Part shown: positions 45,200 to 55,100 of the stretch, piece after piece
Layout: each line of letters opens with the position of its first letter
How positions within the stretch are numbered: position 1 is the stretch's first letter
Assembly: GCA_028712885.1 (NCBI GenBank)
Contig: JAQTPK010000001.1
Location: 40,302 to 104,301, forward strand
DNA from: Syntrophales bacterium
GTDB taxonomy: Bacteria; Desulfobacterota; Syntrophia; Syntrophales; UBA4778
Direction: 5' to 3'
DNA length: 64,000 bases
Notes under the pieces: model-generated
Databases searched by the model: none
Told to the model about the DNA's origin: nothing
The model's input: only the letters and a program-made list of their open reading frames with translations
Program-made: the position numbers and the translations under genes

Positions 45200-46891
45200 A
45201 TGGCGGACATTCTTCGCATACTGAGCACTTCCAGGGACGCCCTTCTTGCAAATCTGACCGCTATCAATGTGACCGGCTCCAACGTCGCCAACGTGAACAC
45301 GCCCGGATACTCCCGGGTGCGGCCGATCTTCGGCTCGATAAGCCAGTCCGGGATCGGGATCGACCGCAGCTCCGTCGGGGTCAACATCCAGGAGATCCAG
45401 AGGATATACGACAAGTATCTCGAAGCGCAGATCGTCCAGCAGCAGCAGGAAATCGGCTACCACGACATGCGCAAGAGCATGCTCGACCGCGTCGAGTCCT
45501 CCCTCAACGAAAGCGACGGAGGCGGCATAAACGAGCTCCTGTCTAAATTCTGGAATGCATGGAACGACCTTGCGGCGAACCCCTCCGGCTCGACGGAGCG
45601 CGACGTGCTGCTGAAGACCTCGGAGAGCCTCGCGTACAGATTCCGGCAGCAGGGGGACGATCTGCTCGACATTCAGCAGGACGCGAACACGACGATCGCC
45701 GATCTCATCACCGAGACCAATGCCGACCTGGTGGAATTCGCCTCTCTCAACGACAAGATCGTTACGATCGAAATCGACGGGGGGAATGCGAATTCGCTCC
45801 GCGATACCCGGGCGCAGCTGCTAAAGGAAATCGGCACTACGCTCGATATTCAATATTATGAGACCTCCGACGGCGCGGTAAACATTTACCTGGCCAACGG
45901 GAACGCCCTTGTCCAGGGCGATATCTACTGGCAGCTGGATGCTGTGGAGAACGTCGACAATTCGAGCTATTACGACATTGTGATCACGACCAGTCCGGGA
46001 GAAGTCCTGAACGGCGTCATCACCGGGGGCAAGATCGGCGCGCTCCTTGAGCTCCGGGACGCCACCCTGGTGGGCTATATCAATCAGCTGAACGATCTGG
46101 CCATAAACGTCGCGAATAAAGTCAATTCGCAGCACCGGCTCGGGTACGACATGTACAACAACGCAGGGGGCCTTTTCTTCAGCGAGATCACCGATGCAAG
46201 GGACATGCAGGTAGCCGCGGCGATCGCCGCCGATTCCCAGAAGATCGCCGCCGCCTCGACGGTGAACGGTGACGGGGGAAACGCACTGGCCATGGGAACG
46301 CTCAAAGACGAGCGGATGTACATGTCTCTGAGCGCGATAACGGCGACGGACTTTGACGCGGGGGGCGACAATCCCGCGGCGAGGGCGGTGCTGAACAACC
46401 GGGCGGAGGCGTACAAGGCTACGACCTCAAACATCGTCCTGACGCGAGGCGCCGCCCCGGGCGACTGGACCGTGACAGGCAACGGCGGCTATGCGGGCCT
46501 GGCGGTCCTTTCCGCCGATGCGACCACGATCGTCCTCGATCTGGACAATTCGGGTACGGCGGACATTACGATAACCCTGACCGGGACCTGGGAGCAGGAC
46601 GATACGCTCAGTTTCAGCATGTCCGCGGACGAGACCTCGTCGACGCAATCAGATTACTTCAGCAATCTCCTGAGCCGGGTAGGTCAGGACGTGCTGAGCG
46701 CCGGGCAGAATGCAGACCGGCAGGAGGATGTAATGACCCAGCTCGAGAACCAGCGCGAATCGGTCTCGGGGGTGTCCATCGACGAAGAGATGATGCAGCT
46801 GATGAAGTACCAGTTTGCCTACAGCGCGGCGGGACAGCTCGTCACAACGGTTAAAGAGATGCTGGACCTGCTGATTGAACTGGGAAGATAG
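45200..46891 (+). CDS. flgK: hook-filament junction protein FlgK (HAP1)
   Basis: Motifs ALLANLTAINVTGSNVANVNTPGYSR and a C-terminal GVSIDEEMMQLMKYQFAYSAAGQLV. Confidence 0.95.
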   Translation: MADILRILSTSRDALLANLTAINVTGSNVANVNTPGYSRVRPIFGSISQSGIGIDRSSVGVNIQEIQRIYDKYLEAQIVQQQQEIGYHDMRKSMLDRVESSLNESDGGGINELLSKFWNAWNDLAANPSGSTERDVLLKTSESLAYRFRQQGDDLLDIQQDANTTIADLITETNADLVEFASLNDKIVTIEIDGGNANSLRDTRAQLLKEIGTTLDIQYYETSDGAVNIYLANGNALVQGDIYWQLDAVENVDNSSYYDIVITTSPGEVLNGVITGGKIGALLELRDATLVGYINQLNDLAINVANKVNSQHRLGYDMYNNAGGLFFSEITDARDMQVAAAIAADSQKIAAASTVNGDGGNALAMGTLKDERMYMSLSAITATDFDAGGDNPAARAVLNNRAEAYKATTSNIVLTRGAAPGDWTVTGNGGYAGLAVLSADATTIVLDLDNSGTADITITLTGTWEQDDTLSFSMSADETSSTQSDYFSNLLSRVGQDVLSAGQNADRQEDVMTQLENQRESVSGVSIDEEMMQLMKYQFAYSAAGQLVTTVKEMLDLLIELGR

Positions 46892-46905
46892 GGAGGATAA
46901 GCCTG

Positions 46906-48108
46906 ATGCTTACCCGTGTTTCCGATAACATGAAATTCAGAACCATGGTGAACAACCTGTTTTCCGCCCAGGAGAAGTACACGACCCTGGCCGAAAAGAT
47001 GGCGACGCAGAAAAACGTGAACCGGCCGAGCGACGACCCGATCGGAATGAGCAAGATTCTCGATTACCGGAGCACAAAGGCATCCCTCGGCCAGTACGCG
47101 AGCAACGTCGACCATGCCGAGTCGTGGCTCACCATGTCCGAATCCAAGCTGACGAGTGCGGAAGACCTGCTCATCAGGGCGCGGGAGATCGCGGTGACCC
47201 AGTCGAGCGCGACGGCGAGTGAACAGAGCAGGGAAACGGCGGCGGTCGAGGTCGACTCGATCATCGACGAGTTGAGGTCGATCGCCAATTCCAAACTCGG
47301 CAACAGATATATCTTCGCCGGGACCATGACCGATACCGAGCCTTTTTTCGAGATTGCCGGCATTCCCGCGATCGGAACGGCGGAGGCCGCGGGCGGGAAC
47401 GCCTTTGACGGGACCGTCGCATCCGGCGGGACATATACGGGCGCGGTCAACAAGACTTACGTCGTCAAAATCATCACCGGCGGGACGCTGGCGGACGCCA
47501 CATACAAGGTGTCCTCGGACGGGGGCGCCACCTGGGGAAGCGAACAGACGGACCTGGACGCCGGCACGATAACGCTGGGCGACGGTATTACCATGACTTT
47601 TGCTGATACCGGGGCGAACCGCCTGGCCGCAAATGATATTTTCCATGTCAACGCCCTGGCCGCAGGCTATTTCCGGGGGAACGGCTCGGAGATGTCGATC
47701 GAGGTCAGCAAAGGAACGACCTTCAGTTACGGCATTTCCGGCGAGGCGGTATTCACGGACAAGGGAAGCGGCGAAGTGGATATTTTCGACGTCCTGAACG
47801 ACCTCAAAATGGGGCTGGAGAACAACGATGCAGACGGGATATCCACCCAGATCAACCGGCTGAAGGACGGCCGCGATCAGGTCTCGAAATACACGGCCAT
47901 GTGCGGGAGCCGGATAGCGAGCCTCGACGTCACCAGGACGAACCTGACTGCGATCGACGAGAAACTCACAAGCATGTGCTCGGACATTGAAGACGCGGAC
48001 CTGGTCAAACTGGCAACCGATTTTGCGATGAAAGAGGTCGCGCTTCAGGCGTCGTACGCCATAGCGGCTTCCATCCAGGAAACCTCGATTCTTAAATTTC
48101 TGGGCTAA
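46906..48108 (+). CDS. flgL: hook-filament junction protein FlgL (HAP3)
   Basis: Flagellin-like termini: [13 protein letters not shown] and [28 protein letters not shown]. Confidence 0.93.
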   Translation: MLTRVSDNMKFRTMVNNLFSAQEKYTTLAEKMATQKNVNRPSDDPIGMSKILDYRSTKASLGQYASNVDHAESWLTMSESKLTSAEDLLIRAREIAVTQSSATASEQSRETAAVEVDSIIDELRSIANSKLGNRYIFAGTMTDTEPFFEIAGIPAIGTAEAAGGNAFDGTVASGGTYTGAVNKTYVVKIITGGTLADATYKVSSDGGATWGSEQTDLDAGTITLGDGITMTFADTGANRLAANDIFHVNALAAGYFRGNGSEMSIEVSKGTTFSYGISGEAVFTDKGSGEVDIFDVLNDLKMGLENNDADGISTQINRLKDGRDQVSKYTAMCGSRIASLDVTRTNLTAIDEKLTSMCSDIEDADLVKLATDFAMKEVALQASYAIAASIQETSILKFLG

Positions 48109-48118
48109 AGGAGAACGC

Positions 48119-48391
48119 ATGCTGATCCTGACACGGAAGTTGGGCGAATCGATCAAGATTGGAGACAACGTAAAGGTAACGTTTCTGGGGATCAAGGGGC
48201 GGCAGGTCCGCATCGGGATCGAGGCCCCGCCTGAGGTGGCCGTGCACCGGGAGGAGATTTACAATGCCATCCAGGAACAGAATATCCGGGCGGCAAGGAT
48301 TGAAAACGACAGGCTGCTCGAGGAGATCTGGAACCGCTTTCAGAACGCAGCCGCGGGGAACAAAGGAAAAAAAGAAGCAGTGGAGGAATAA
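48119..48391 (+). CDS. csrA: carbon storage regulator CsrA with long C-terminal extension (90 aa)
   Basis: Sequence [48 protein letters not shown]. Confidence 0.95.
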   Translation: MLILTRKLGESIKIGDNVKVTFLGIKGRQVRIGIEAPPEVAVHREEIYNAIQEQNIRAARIENDRLLEEIWNRFQNAAAGNKGKKEAVEE

Positions 48392-48392
48392 C

Positions 48393-48887
48393 GTGAAGAT
48401 TGCGACGACGCGATTCGGTGAGATTGAAGCCGACGAATCAAGAATAATCGAGATGAAAGGGGAAATCCTCGGCTTCGAGAAGCTGAAGAGATACATCCTT
48501 CTCGCGCAGAATGAAAAGACCCCCTTCGGCTGGCTCCAGTCGATTGATGACGGAGCCGTCGCATTCGTCGTCATCAATCCTCAGATTGTTAAATCCGATT
48601 ATGAGCCCGAGATAAAAGATGTTGATGTGAACCTGCTCAAAATAGAACAGGCCGCGGACGTGCTTCTCATGTCGATTGTGACGATCCGGCAGAATCCCGT
48701 TTCGATTTCCGTTAATTTAAGAGCTCCTATCGTAATAAACGCCAAAAAGCGGCTGGCCAAGCAGATTGTCCTCGACGACCCGGCTCAACCCGTACAGTTC
48801 TTTGTCGAAACGGGCAAACCGGTGAGAATACCTCCTCCCGGAAAAGGCAGCATCGGAGGAGAAGACAGGAGCGCCGCGGCGAGGTAA
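48393..48887 (+). CDS. fliW: flagellar assembly factor FliW (CsrA antagonist)
   Basis: Motifs TTRFGEIEADESRIIEMKGEILGFE and PFGWLQSIDDGAVAFVVINP. The GTG start lies 1 nt after the csrA stop. Confidence 0.9.
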   Translation: MKIATTRFGEIEADESRIIEMKGEILGFEKLKRYILLAQNEKTPFGWLQSIDDGAVAFVVINPQIVKSDYEPEIKDVDVNLLKIEQAADVLLMSIVTIRQNPVSISVNLRAPIVINAKKRLAKQIVLDDPAQPVQFFVETGKPVRIPPPGKGSIGGEDRSAAAR

Positions 48888-48888
48888 T

Positions 48889-48915
48889 CGAGGCGTCAGG
48901 CGTCAGGCGTTGGGC
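48889..48915 (+). repeat. one-armed heptamer array (GTCAGGC variant), after fliW
   Basis: CGAGGCG TCAGGCG TCAGGCG TTGGGCA. Confidence 0.6.
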
Positions 48916-48950
48916 AAAAAAGAGCGGACACCTGCCGCTCATTTCGGTTT
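48915..48950. terminator. weak bidirectional terminator candidate between fliW and the convergent GT-B/TPR gene
   Basis: GAGCGG-N7-CCGCTC stem flanked by an A6 run and ATTTCGGTTT. The stem is only 6 bp. Confidence 0.3.
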
Positions 48951-50708
48951 CTTCCCGTCATTTTTATCCAGTATTCTTTCCGCCAGAGAAACAGCGGGTT
49001 CCCAGGAAGGGTCTATTTCCAGACCACGGATGCAGTACGGAACCGCTTCTCTTTCCTTTCCCGTCCCGGCCAGGAATTCCGCATAGGCGATCTGCGCCTC
49101 CTGGAAATTGGGCGCCATCTCGGCCGCAGCCTCGAAGAACTTGTTCGCCTCGCCGGATAGCCCCGTCCTCCTGCAGATATTTCCGATACCCAGGGCGGCC
49201 CGGCTCGAATACGGATTCGCCCGCAGGGCGCATTGGTACAGCTCGGCGGCGCGCTCCCATTCCCCTTCTTTCTCGCACAAGGAGGCAATCGCCTCAAAGG
49301 AGGGTGCGTGCGCGGCGGAAACATTCAGGGCGGACCTGTACGCGGCGACGGCAGCTTCGCGGTCGCGGTCCCGCAGAGCGTCTCCCAAACAGCGGAGGGA
49401 GCGTATCGATCGGGGATTCTTCCGGGCGGCCCTTTCAAAATGGCCGGCCGCCTCCGGAGAGCCTTCCCGGGCCAGGCTGTGCCCCAGCCGGAACGCGGGA
49501 AGGTAATAACCCTCGGCGGCGCGTTCGGCTTCCGCATATATTTCCCTCGCCGTCTGCGCATCTCCCTGCGCCTCTGCTTCGATGCCCCGGATCAGCAGCA
49601 GCTCGGCTTCCGTCCGGGTCACATTGAATGATCTGCTCCCCTCGCATGCTGCAAGCGGCACTCCGCTCAGGTCGCGGGGAACCTCTGCGCAGCGAAGTCC
49701 GGCATAAAATTCACGCCGCGGGCGGGCGTGCTGATCCTCCATCCTGTTGCGCGCCGCGTAATCATATGCGCCGAAAGATATTTTTTGCCTGAGCCCTGAA
49801 TCGCGGGCCAGCACTTCCAGAATAGAGGCGAGCTCGCCGGGGGTGGAGAAGAGCAGGGCGTTTTCGCCATGCCGTCCGTGGATCTGGTAGGGCAGGATCG
49901 AAGAGAGCACCGGGACCGCGCCCCGCGAGGCGTATTCAATAAATTTCACGTCCGAACGGCAGAGGTTGTACGGCGTTTCCAGGAGCGGAGCGATGCCCGC
50001 ATCGAGGCCATCCAGGAATTCGAGATAATCCGAAAGGGCGCCGGCCGGCCGATAGCTTGCCCGGCCCCTCGGCAGCCGGGAAAAAAGCTGCTCGAATTGC
50101 CCGGCATTTCCCATGAAGGCGAATTCCAGGGCGGGATTCTCCGCCATCGCTGCCGCAACGGCTTCCCGGAAAGAAAACAGGTCTTCCGTATGTCCGACGG
50201 AACCCGCCCAGCCGATCCTTACCCGGCCCGATCCTGCCGCGCGCGGTGCGCCGAGGCGCGCGACCTGGTTTTCCAGAACGGCCGTATGAGGATTCAGAAA
50301 ACCGAACATTTTTTTCAGTCCTTCGCCTGTAACCTGCATCGCGTCCGCAAGGCCGGCATACTGGAGGGCGGATGCGGTATGGAGAGGATCGCTGAACCAG
50401 CCCCTCCGCCCCACGCCGGGGTGAGGGGCGAGTATATTGTCGGACATTTCGAAAACAGTGGCCAGGCCGCGGCGCTTCCTTTCCTCGATAACGGGAAGGA
50501 GGTCCTCCTCCGTCAGTAGATGCAGGACCAGGACGTCGGCCTGCAGGCACAGCTTCCCGAAGAAAGGGGATATTGTGCTTACGGTTATTACCGCCGTCTC
50601 CGGCAGCTTGCCCAGGGCAGCGGCAGGCTGCTCGACGCGATAAACGTAATCGCCCGTAGCAACGGACTGCATAGCCACGGCGTTAACGATGAGAAGTTCT
50701 TTTTTCAT
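48939..50708 (-). CDS. GT-B-like glycosyltransferase fused to C-terminal TPR repeats
   Basis: The N-terminal roughly 380 aa is glycosyltransferase-like (RIGWAGSVGH.., IEYASRGAVPVLS). The C-terminal roughly 200 aa is TPR. Start moved to MKKELLIV from 50786. Confidence 0.7.
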   Translation of the reverse strand: MKKELLIVNAVAMQSVATGDYVYRVEQPAAALGKLPETAVITVSTISPFFGKLCLQADVLVLHLLTEEDLLPVIEERKRRGLATVFEMSDNILAPHPGVGRRGWFSDPLHTASALQYAGLADAMQVTGEGLKKMFGFLNPHTAVLENQVARLGAPRAAGSGRVRIGWAGSVGHTEDLFSFREAVAAAMAENPALEFAFMGNAGQFEQLFSRLPRGRASYRPAGALSDYLEFLDGLDAGIAPLLETPYNLCRSDVKFIEYASRGAVPVLSSILPYQIHGRHGENALLFSTPGELASILEVLARDSGLRQKISFGAYDYAARNRMEDQHARPRREFYAGLRCAEVPRDLSGVPLAACEGSRSFNVTRTEAELLLIRGIEAEAQGDAQTAREIYAEAERAAEGYYLPAFRLGHSLAREGSPEAAGHFERAARKNPRSIRSLRCLGDALRDRDREAAVAAYRSALNVSAAHAPSFEAIASLCEKEGEWERAAELYQCALRANPYSSRAALGIGNICRRTGLSGEANKFFEAAAEMAPNFQEAQIAYAEFLAGTGKEREAVPYCIRGLEIDPSWEPAVSLAERILDKNDGKKPK

Positions 50709-50774
50709 GAGAGTTTGCGGCCCCCGGGGATATTCAGGCGAATGCGGAATCGAAGATCTCTCCGCCGCGCGGGG

Positions 50775-50803
50775 AGCATAGGACAAAATACGGGGGCAGT
50801 CAA
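50775..50803 (-). promoter_or_regulatory. sigma-70-type promoter candidate for the GT-B/TPR gene
   Basis: Coding strand reads TTGACT-N17-TATGCT, about 67 nt upstream of the 50708 start. Confidence 0.35.
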
Positions 50804-50847
50804 GAAAGGCGATGCGGCTGAATCGGATTCGACGGCTTTGGCGCGGA

Positions 50848-51198
50848 TCAGGCGGTATGGTTGAAAATCATGCCGATCAGCTCGTTCATCTTCAAGTAAA
50901 GATTCTGGAGCTCCTTGGGAGGGATTTCGCGGATGACCTTGCCGGTTTCCTTGTCCGTGACAGTCACGGCTACCCGCTCGTTGTTCTTTCCGTATGTGGA
51001 GAAGTTCAGGCTGATGTTCATAAAGCCGATCCGGTCGGCCATATCCTTCACCAGAGCCGCGATCTGCTGGTTGTCGAGCTTCGGTTGGTGCTCTTTCTCC
51101 CTGGGCAGATCCGGGGGGGGTGCGCACCTTACCGGCGCCGGCTGGGATGCCGGTTCGGAAATCAAGTCCTTGCTCGCGGGAACAGGGTTGACATTCAT
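50848..51198 (-). CDS. flaG: flagellar protein FlaG
   Basis: FlaG-type C-terminus LNFSTYGKNNERVAVTVTDKETGKVIREIPPKELQNLYLKMNEL. Confidence 0.88.
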   Translation of the reverse strand: MNVNPVPASKDLISEPASQPAPVRCAPPPDLPREKEHQPKLDNQQIAALVKDMADRIGFMNISLNFSTYGKNNERVAVTVTDKETGKVIREIPPKELQNLYLKMNELIGMIFNHTA

Positions 51199-51235
51199 GA
51201 CAACTTCCTCCTGACGGATTGCTCCTCCAATCGTT

Positions 51236-51263
51236 ATATCGGATTATATCTGTATATTCTTTA
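51236..51263 (-). promoter_or_regulatory. sigma-28-like promoter candidate, flaG
   Basis: Coding strand reads TAAAGAATATACAGATATAATCCGATAT (TAAA-N16-TCCGATAT). Confidence 0.4.
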
Positions 51264-51266
51264 ACC

Positions 51267-51689
51267 TCACGATCTTACGTCGAGAAATCTGGGGGAAGCC
51301 GGCTTCGTATTCCACCGGGATTTTGCTATCTCCATACTCTGCTCCGCGCTACCGGCCATTTTTCGCTCAAGATCAAGCAGAAGCGTCCCGAGCCGGTCCA
51401 TGCAGCCGCGGTCTGCTTCCGCAGCCTCTTTCAGGAGGTTCAGGATCTCGCGGGCAATCCGGCCGGCCGGGGAAGAGGCCGGGTGTTTTCCGCCGGCCGC
51501 CTCTTCCGCGTTCAACCTGTCCAATTCCCGCATGTAAAATTCTCGCTTCATAATCTGCGCCTCTACGGCGGCCATGTCCTCCCGCTCTATGCCATCGGAG
51601 AGGCCGTAGGTGGCCGACAGGAATCCCCGGGCCAGATCGCGCTTGCCCAGGAGCCGCTCAATTTCCTGCGTGTGCGCCATTTTTTCCAT
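51267..51689 (-). CDS. hypothetical helical protein in the fliT position
   Basis: A 140-aa ORF starting 7 nt after the fliS stop. No motif recognised, so the call rests on position only. Confidence 0.5.
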   Translation of the reverse strand: MEKMAHTQEIERLLGKRDLARGFLSATYGLSDGIEREDMAAVEAQIMKREFYMRELDRLNAEEAAGGKHPASSPAGRIAREILNLLKEAAEADRGCMDRLGTLLLDLERKMAGSAEQSMEIAKSRWNTKPASPRFLDVRS

Positions 51690-51695
51690 TTTGCC

Positions 51696-52142
51696 TCACC
51701 CGGTGACCGCGGCCGCCATGCCCTCCTCCCGGGCAGGCGCGATATTGACGGCCAGAGCGGCGGCACGGGGCGCGCCGAAGAAAATTTCCTGCCAGGCGCT
51801 CCTGAGTTCCTCGAGCATCCTGATTGTTTCATCGAAACCTTTCATGTCCCGGTTCAGATCGGCTTCCGTAAGCCGGCGCACCATGAAATTGTAAAGCGCC
51901 TCCAGGTTCCTGGCCACCTCGCCGCCCTTATCGAAATCCAGGGCGCTGATCAGTGCGCACAGAATGTCAATCGCCCTCTGGAGCGATCGGGCCTTTTCTT
52001 CGAATTCGTCCGCCCGGTAATGGTCCCGGGCGGAAATGAGGCTGCTGATCACCGCGTCGTAAGACATTATGACCAGTCTTTTCGGGTCGGCGGTTTCCAC
52101 ATTGGCCTGTCTGTAGGCGTTTATCCCGTTGCCGTTCATCAA
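51696..52142 (-). CDS. fliS: flagellin-specific chaperone FliS
   Basis: Motifs AYRQANVETADPKRLVIMSYDAVI, ALDFDKGGEVARNLEALYNFM and ELRSAWQEI. Confidence 0.93.
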   Translation of the reverse strand: MMNGNGINAYRQANVETADPKRLVIMSYDAVISSLISARDHYRADEFEEKARSLQRAIDILCALISALDFDKGGEVARNLEALYNFMVRRLTEADLNRDMKGFDETIRMLEELRSAWQEIFFGAPRAAALAVNIAPAREEGMAAAVTG

Positions 52143-52179
52143 TTACCTCCTGTCCTGGAGAATTAAACTCTTCAATTCA

Positions 52180-55100
52180 CTATTCCCACATGTTTTGCGC
52201 GGCGTTTATCTGGCTCGCCAGCCAGTTGCTCTGGTTCTGAATTTTGCTCAGCGCCAGCTCCATCGCGACAAACCGGTTGATCATCTGCTCCTGCTTCCGC
52301 GCGAGCGTCGCCTCGAGCAGCTCGATCTGGTCTTCGTAACGTTCTATGCTGCCGTCAAGTGAGGTCTGCTTGAACGCGACGTAACCGTCGGTCGAATCCG
52401 TGATAAAACCCAGCTGCCGGTCAAGGATGTCGGCGATGCCGAGCGTCAAAGTGAAATCGGCGGTCTGGGCCGTCGTGCCCGTATACAGGATCGACAATCC
52501 GTCCGCGTTGTTCCCGCTGCTGGACAGCGTCAAAACCTGACCCTTCCCGGTCGCGTCGATCCCGTTGATCTTGCCCGCGACATCCATCCCCCAGACCTTG
52601 GTGGCGGCCGCATTGGTGAGTCCGAGTACGGCGCCCCCGGATTCGCTTACACCGATCATATGACCGGTGCCGTAAGAATTGTGAGTAAGGAGGACTTTGT
52701 TCTCCGCCGTTTTCGACGCAGTGATCCTCATGGCATTGCGGCCGGAGGTGAAAACGCCGACCACTCCGAAATCGAGACCCGATACTGATGAGGAATCGAT
52801 ATTCAGGGTAAGCTGGCTCGCCCCCGACTGCTTGTCCGTGATGACGATTTTCCCGCCGCTCATACTTGCCGTGACTTCATTATCGAAGGTGTCCTCGATC
52901 TCCGAAAGAAGGGCGCCGAGGTTCTGGGACGTGCCGACCGTATAAGAGCCGCTCACGGCCAACCCGTTCCGCTTGGTGCCGGTGAAACTGATTACATCGC
53001 CGTTTTCGGCGCCGGCTATATCGCTGAAGAGCGTGGCGGCGGTGAAGCCCGTATTGTTGGATCCCTGGAGCTGCTCCGTATACGTCTTTTCCATTTCCGA
53101 GTTGATCGCGTTGACCACGTCGTCGATATCCATCCCGGCGGTGAGGGTAACCGCGCCCGTTGTGAGAGCGTTCAAATCCTCGATCGTGAGTGTTTCGTCC
53201 GCGCCCAGGGTCCCTGCCAGGGAATTGGCGCCGGTCACGGTAGACCGGGTTGCCGCAGTCGATATGACGGTCGAGTACGTCCCCCCCTCCGTATTCTCCG
53301 TATGGCCGACGTACTGGAACTGAGAATTGGCGCTGGAACCGAGCGCGATGAAGAGCTTCTTCACGTCGTTGAAATTCGTTTCCAGTGCGTCCGTGAGGTC
53401 TTCGTCATCCACCGTGAGATTAACGTCGTCGTTCAGGGATATCCCGATCAGCGGCAGGCGGTTGTATCCTTCCGAAACCCCCGTGACCGTGCTCGTGACC
53501 GCGTCGATCAGCTCCGATTTTACGGTGTAGAGCGTCCCATCCCCGAACAGAATCCCTCCCGTTTTGCTCGTTTTCTCGTCGTAGCTGAACTGCTTGTTGA
53601 TGTAAGTCATAAGCGTGTTGAAGCTGGACGTCATCGTCGTGATTTTCGACTTTATCGAACTGAGGTTGCGGCTCACGTTGAGGGTCACCGTCGTGGAAGA
53701 GCTGGCGCCGGTGAGGTTCAGCGTCACACCCGCGATGACATCGTCGATGCTGTTGGAAGATTTCTGCATGGTGACGCCGTCGACGACTATTTCCGCGTCC
53801 TGCCCCGCCGTGATCTGCATATCCCGTCCCTCAGTGGTCTGGGATATCGCGCCGAAATTCAAAGTGCCCCCCCCCTGGTTGTTGGCGATAAGGGATAAGG
53901 CAAGCTGGCTGTCGCCGGCGGTGAGGTCCTTGAGGACGATCTGTCCCGCGGTGTTGCCGTCCGTGCCGTCGCTTACATAGGCGCTGACATGGTGGTCGGT
54001 GGCGTGCTTGTTGTATTGGGTTTCTATTTCCGCCAGGAGATTGCTTATCTGGTCTGTGGTCGTGATCGTATAAATGGACGAGAAGGTTTCGTAAGCGCCG
54101 GCGGCGTTATAACGTGTTCCGGATATCGAGACGGTGTCGCTGTTACTGATATTGTTGCCGAAGGAGCCGAAACTGAGGGCGGTCCCCGTACAGGTGAGGG
54201 GACCGACGCTCAACTGGCTCGCCCCCGTCGCCAGATCCTGCACGATCAGCCGGCCGGTGGAATCCAAGTACGCGTCCACGGCTGTTGCGCCGCCGTACTG
54301 GGTTTCCACCCAGCTCAGGAAATTGCTGAGCTGTTCGGTGTTGTCCGCTATGTTGTAAGTGGCGTCGACCGCTGCACCGCTGTGGGTAGTCCCCTGGACG
54401 CGGATGGAATCGCCGATGTCGATGTCGTTGGCGTCTCCGCCGGTATTGATCAGGTTCCACTGGGTCGTGGAGGAAATATAGCCGCCTCCCGCCGCAGTTG
54501 TTTGCATGTTCTGGGTGGCGCCGCGCAGAGCCCCGGTAAACAGGTCGGCGAAGGTGCTCGCGGCCGTAATGGCCGCCCCCGTTCCCAGGACGCGCTGGAC
54601 GTCCCCCGTGTGCATCTCGTTGATCTCGCCGTACGTGCCTTCCAGCACCCCCAGGATCTGGAGGACGTTGCCGTTGTCCGTGAAAGAGGTAGTGCCGCTT
54701 ACGTCTATCCGGTATTTGGTCTCCCCGCCTATTACCTCGGAGACAACGGATGCGGAAATCCCGGCGAGGGCGTCAATTTTGGCTGCGATATCGGTGATGG
54801 AATCGTCGGCAAGACTTATACTGACGGAATTGCCGCCGATCGTGACGGAAGTCGCGCCGGGCGCGCTCGTCAAGCCCAGCAGTGTTCCGACCTCGGTGCT
54901 CGAATTGCTGAAAGCACTGCTCATTGCCCCGTCGCTCGTAACGGTTTTTATCTGGACCGTCGAAGCGATGAAGCCCATGGACTGGAGGACGCCGGCGGAG
55001 GACCCCTCAAGGATTTCTATTCCGTCGACCCCTGTCTCGTCGCTCGTCAGGACGAGATGATAGTCGGTCGAGGAATGCTGGACGATGCTGGCCGTCACAT

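Noticed and set aside
9930-48915. Whether the periodic intergenic arrays could be CRISPR arrays or other spacer-containing repeats.
   Set aside because: The units are 7 nt and directly abutting, with no unique spacers. The arrays hold 3-7 units only and are mirrored as palindromes. No cas genes are present in the window.
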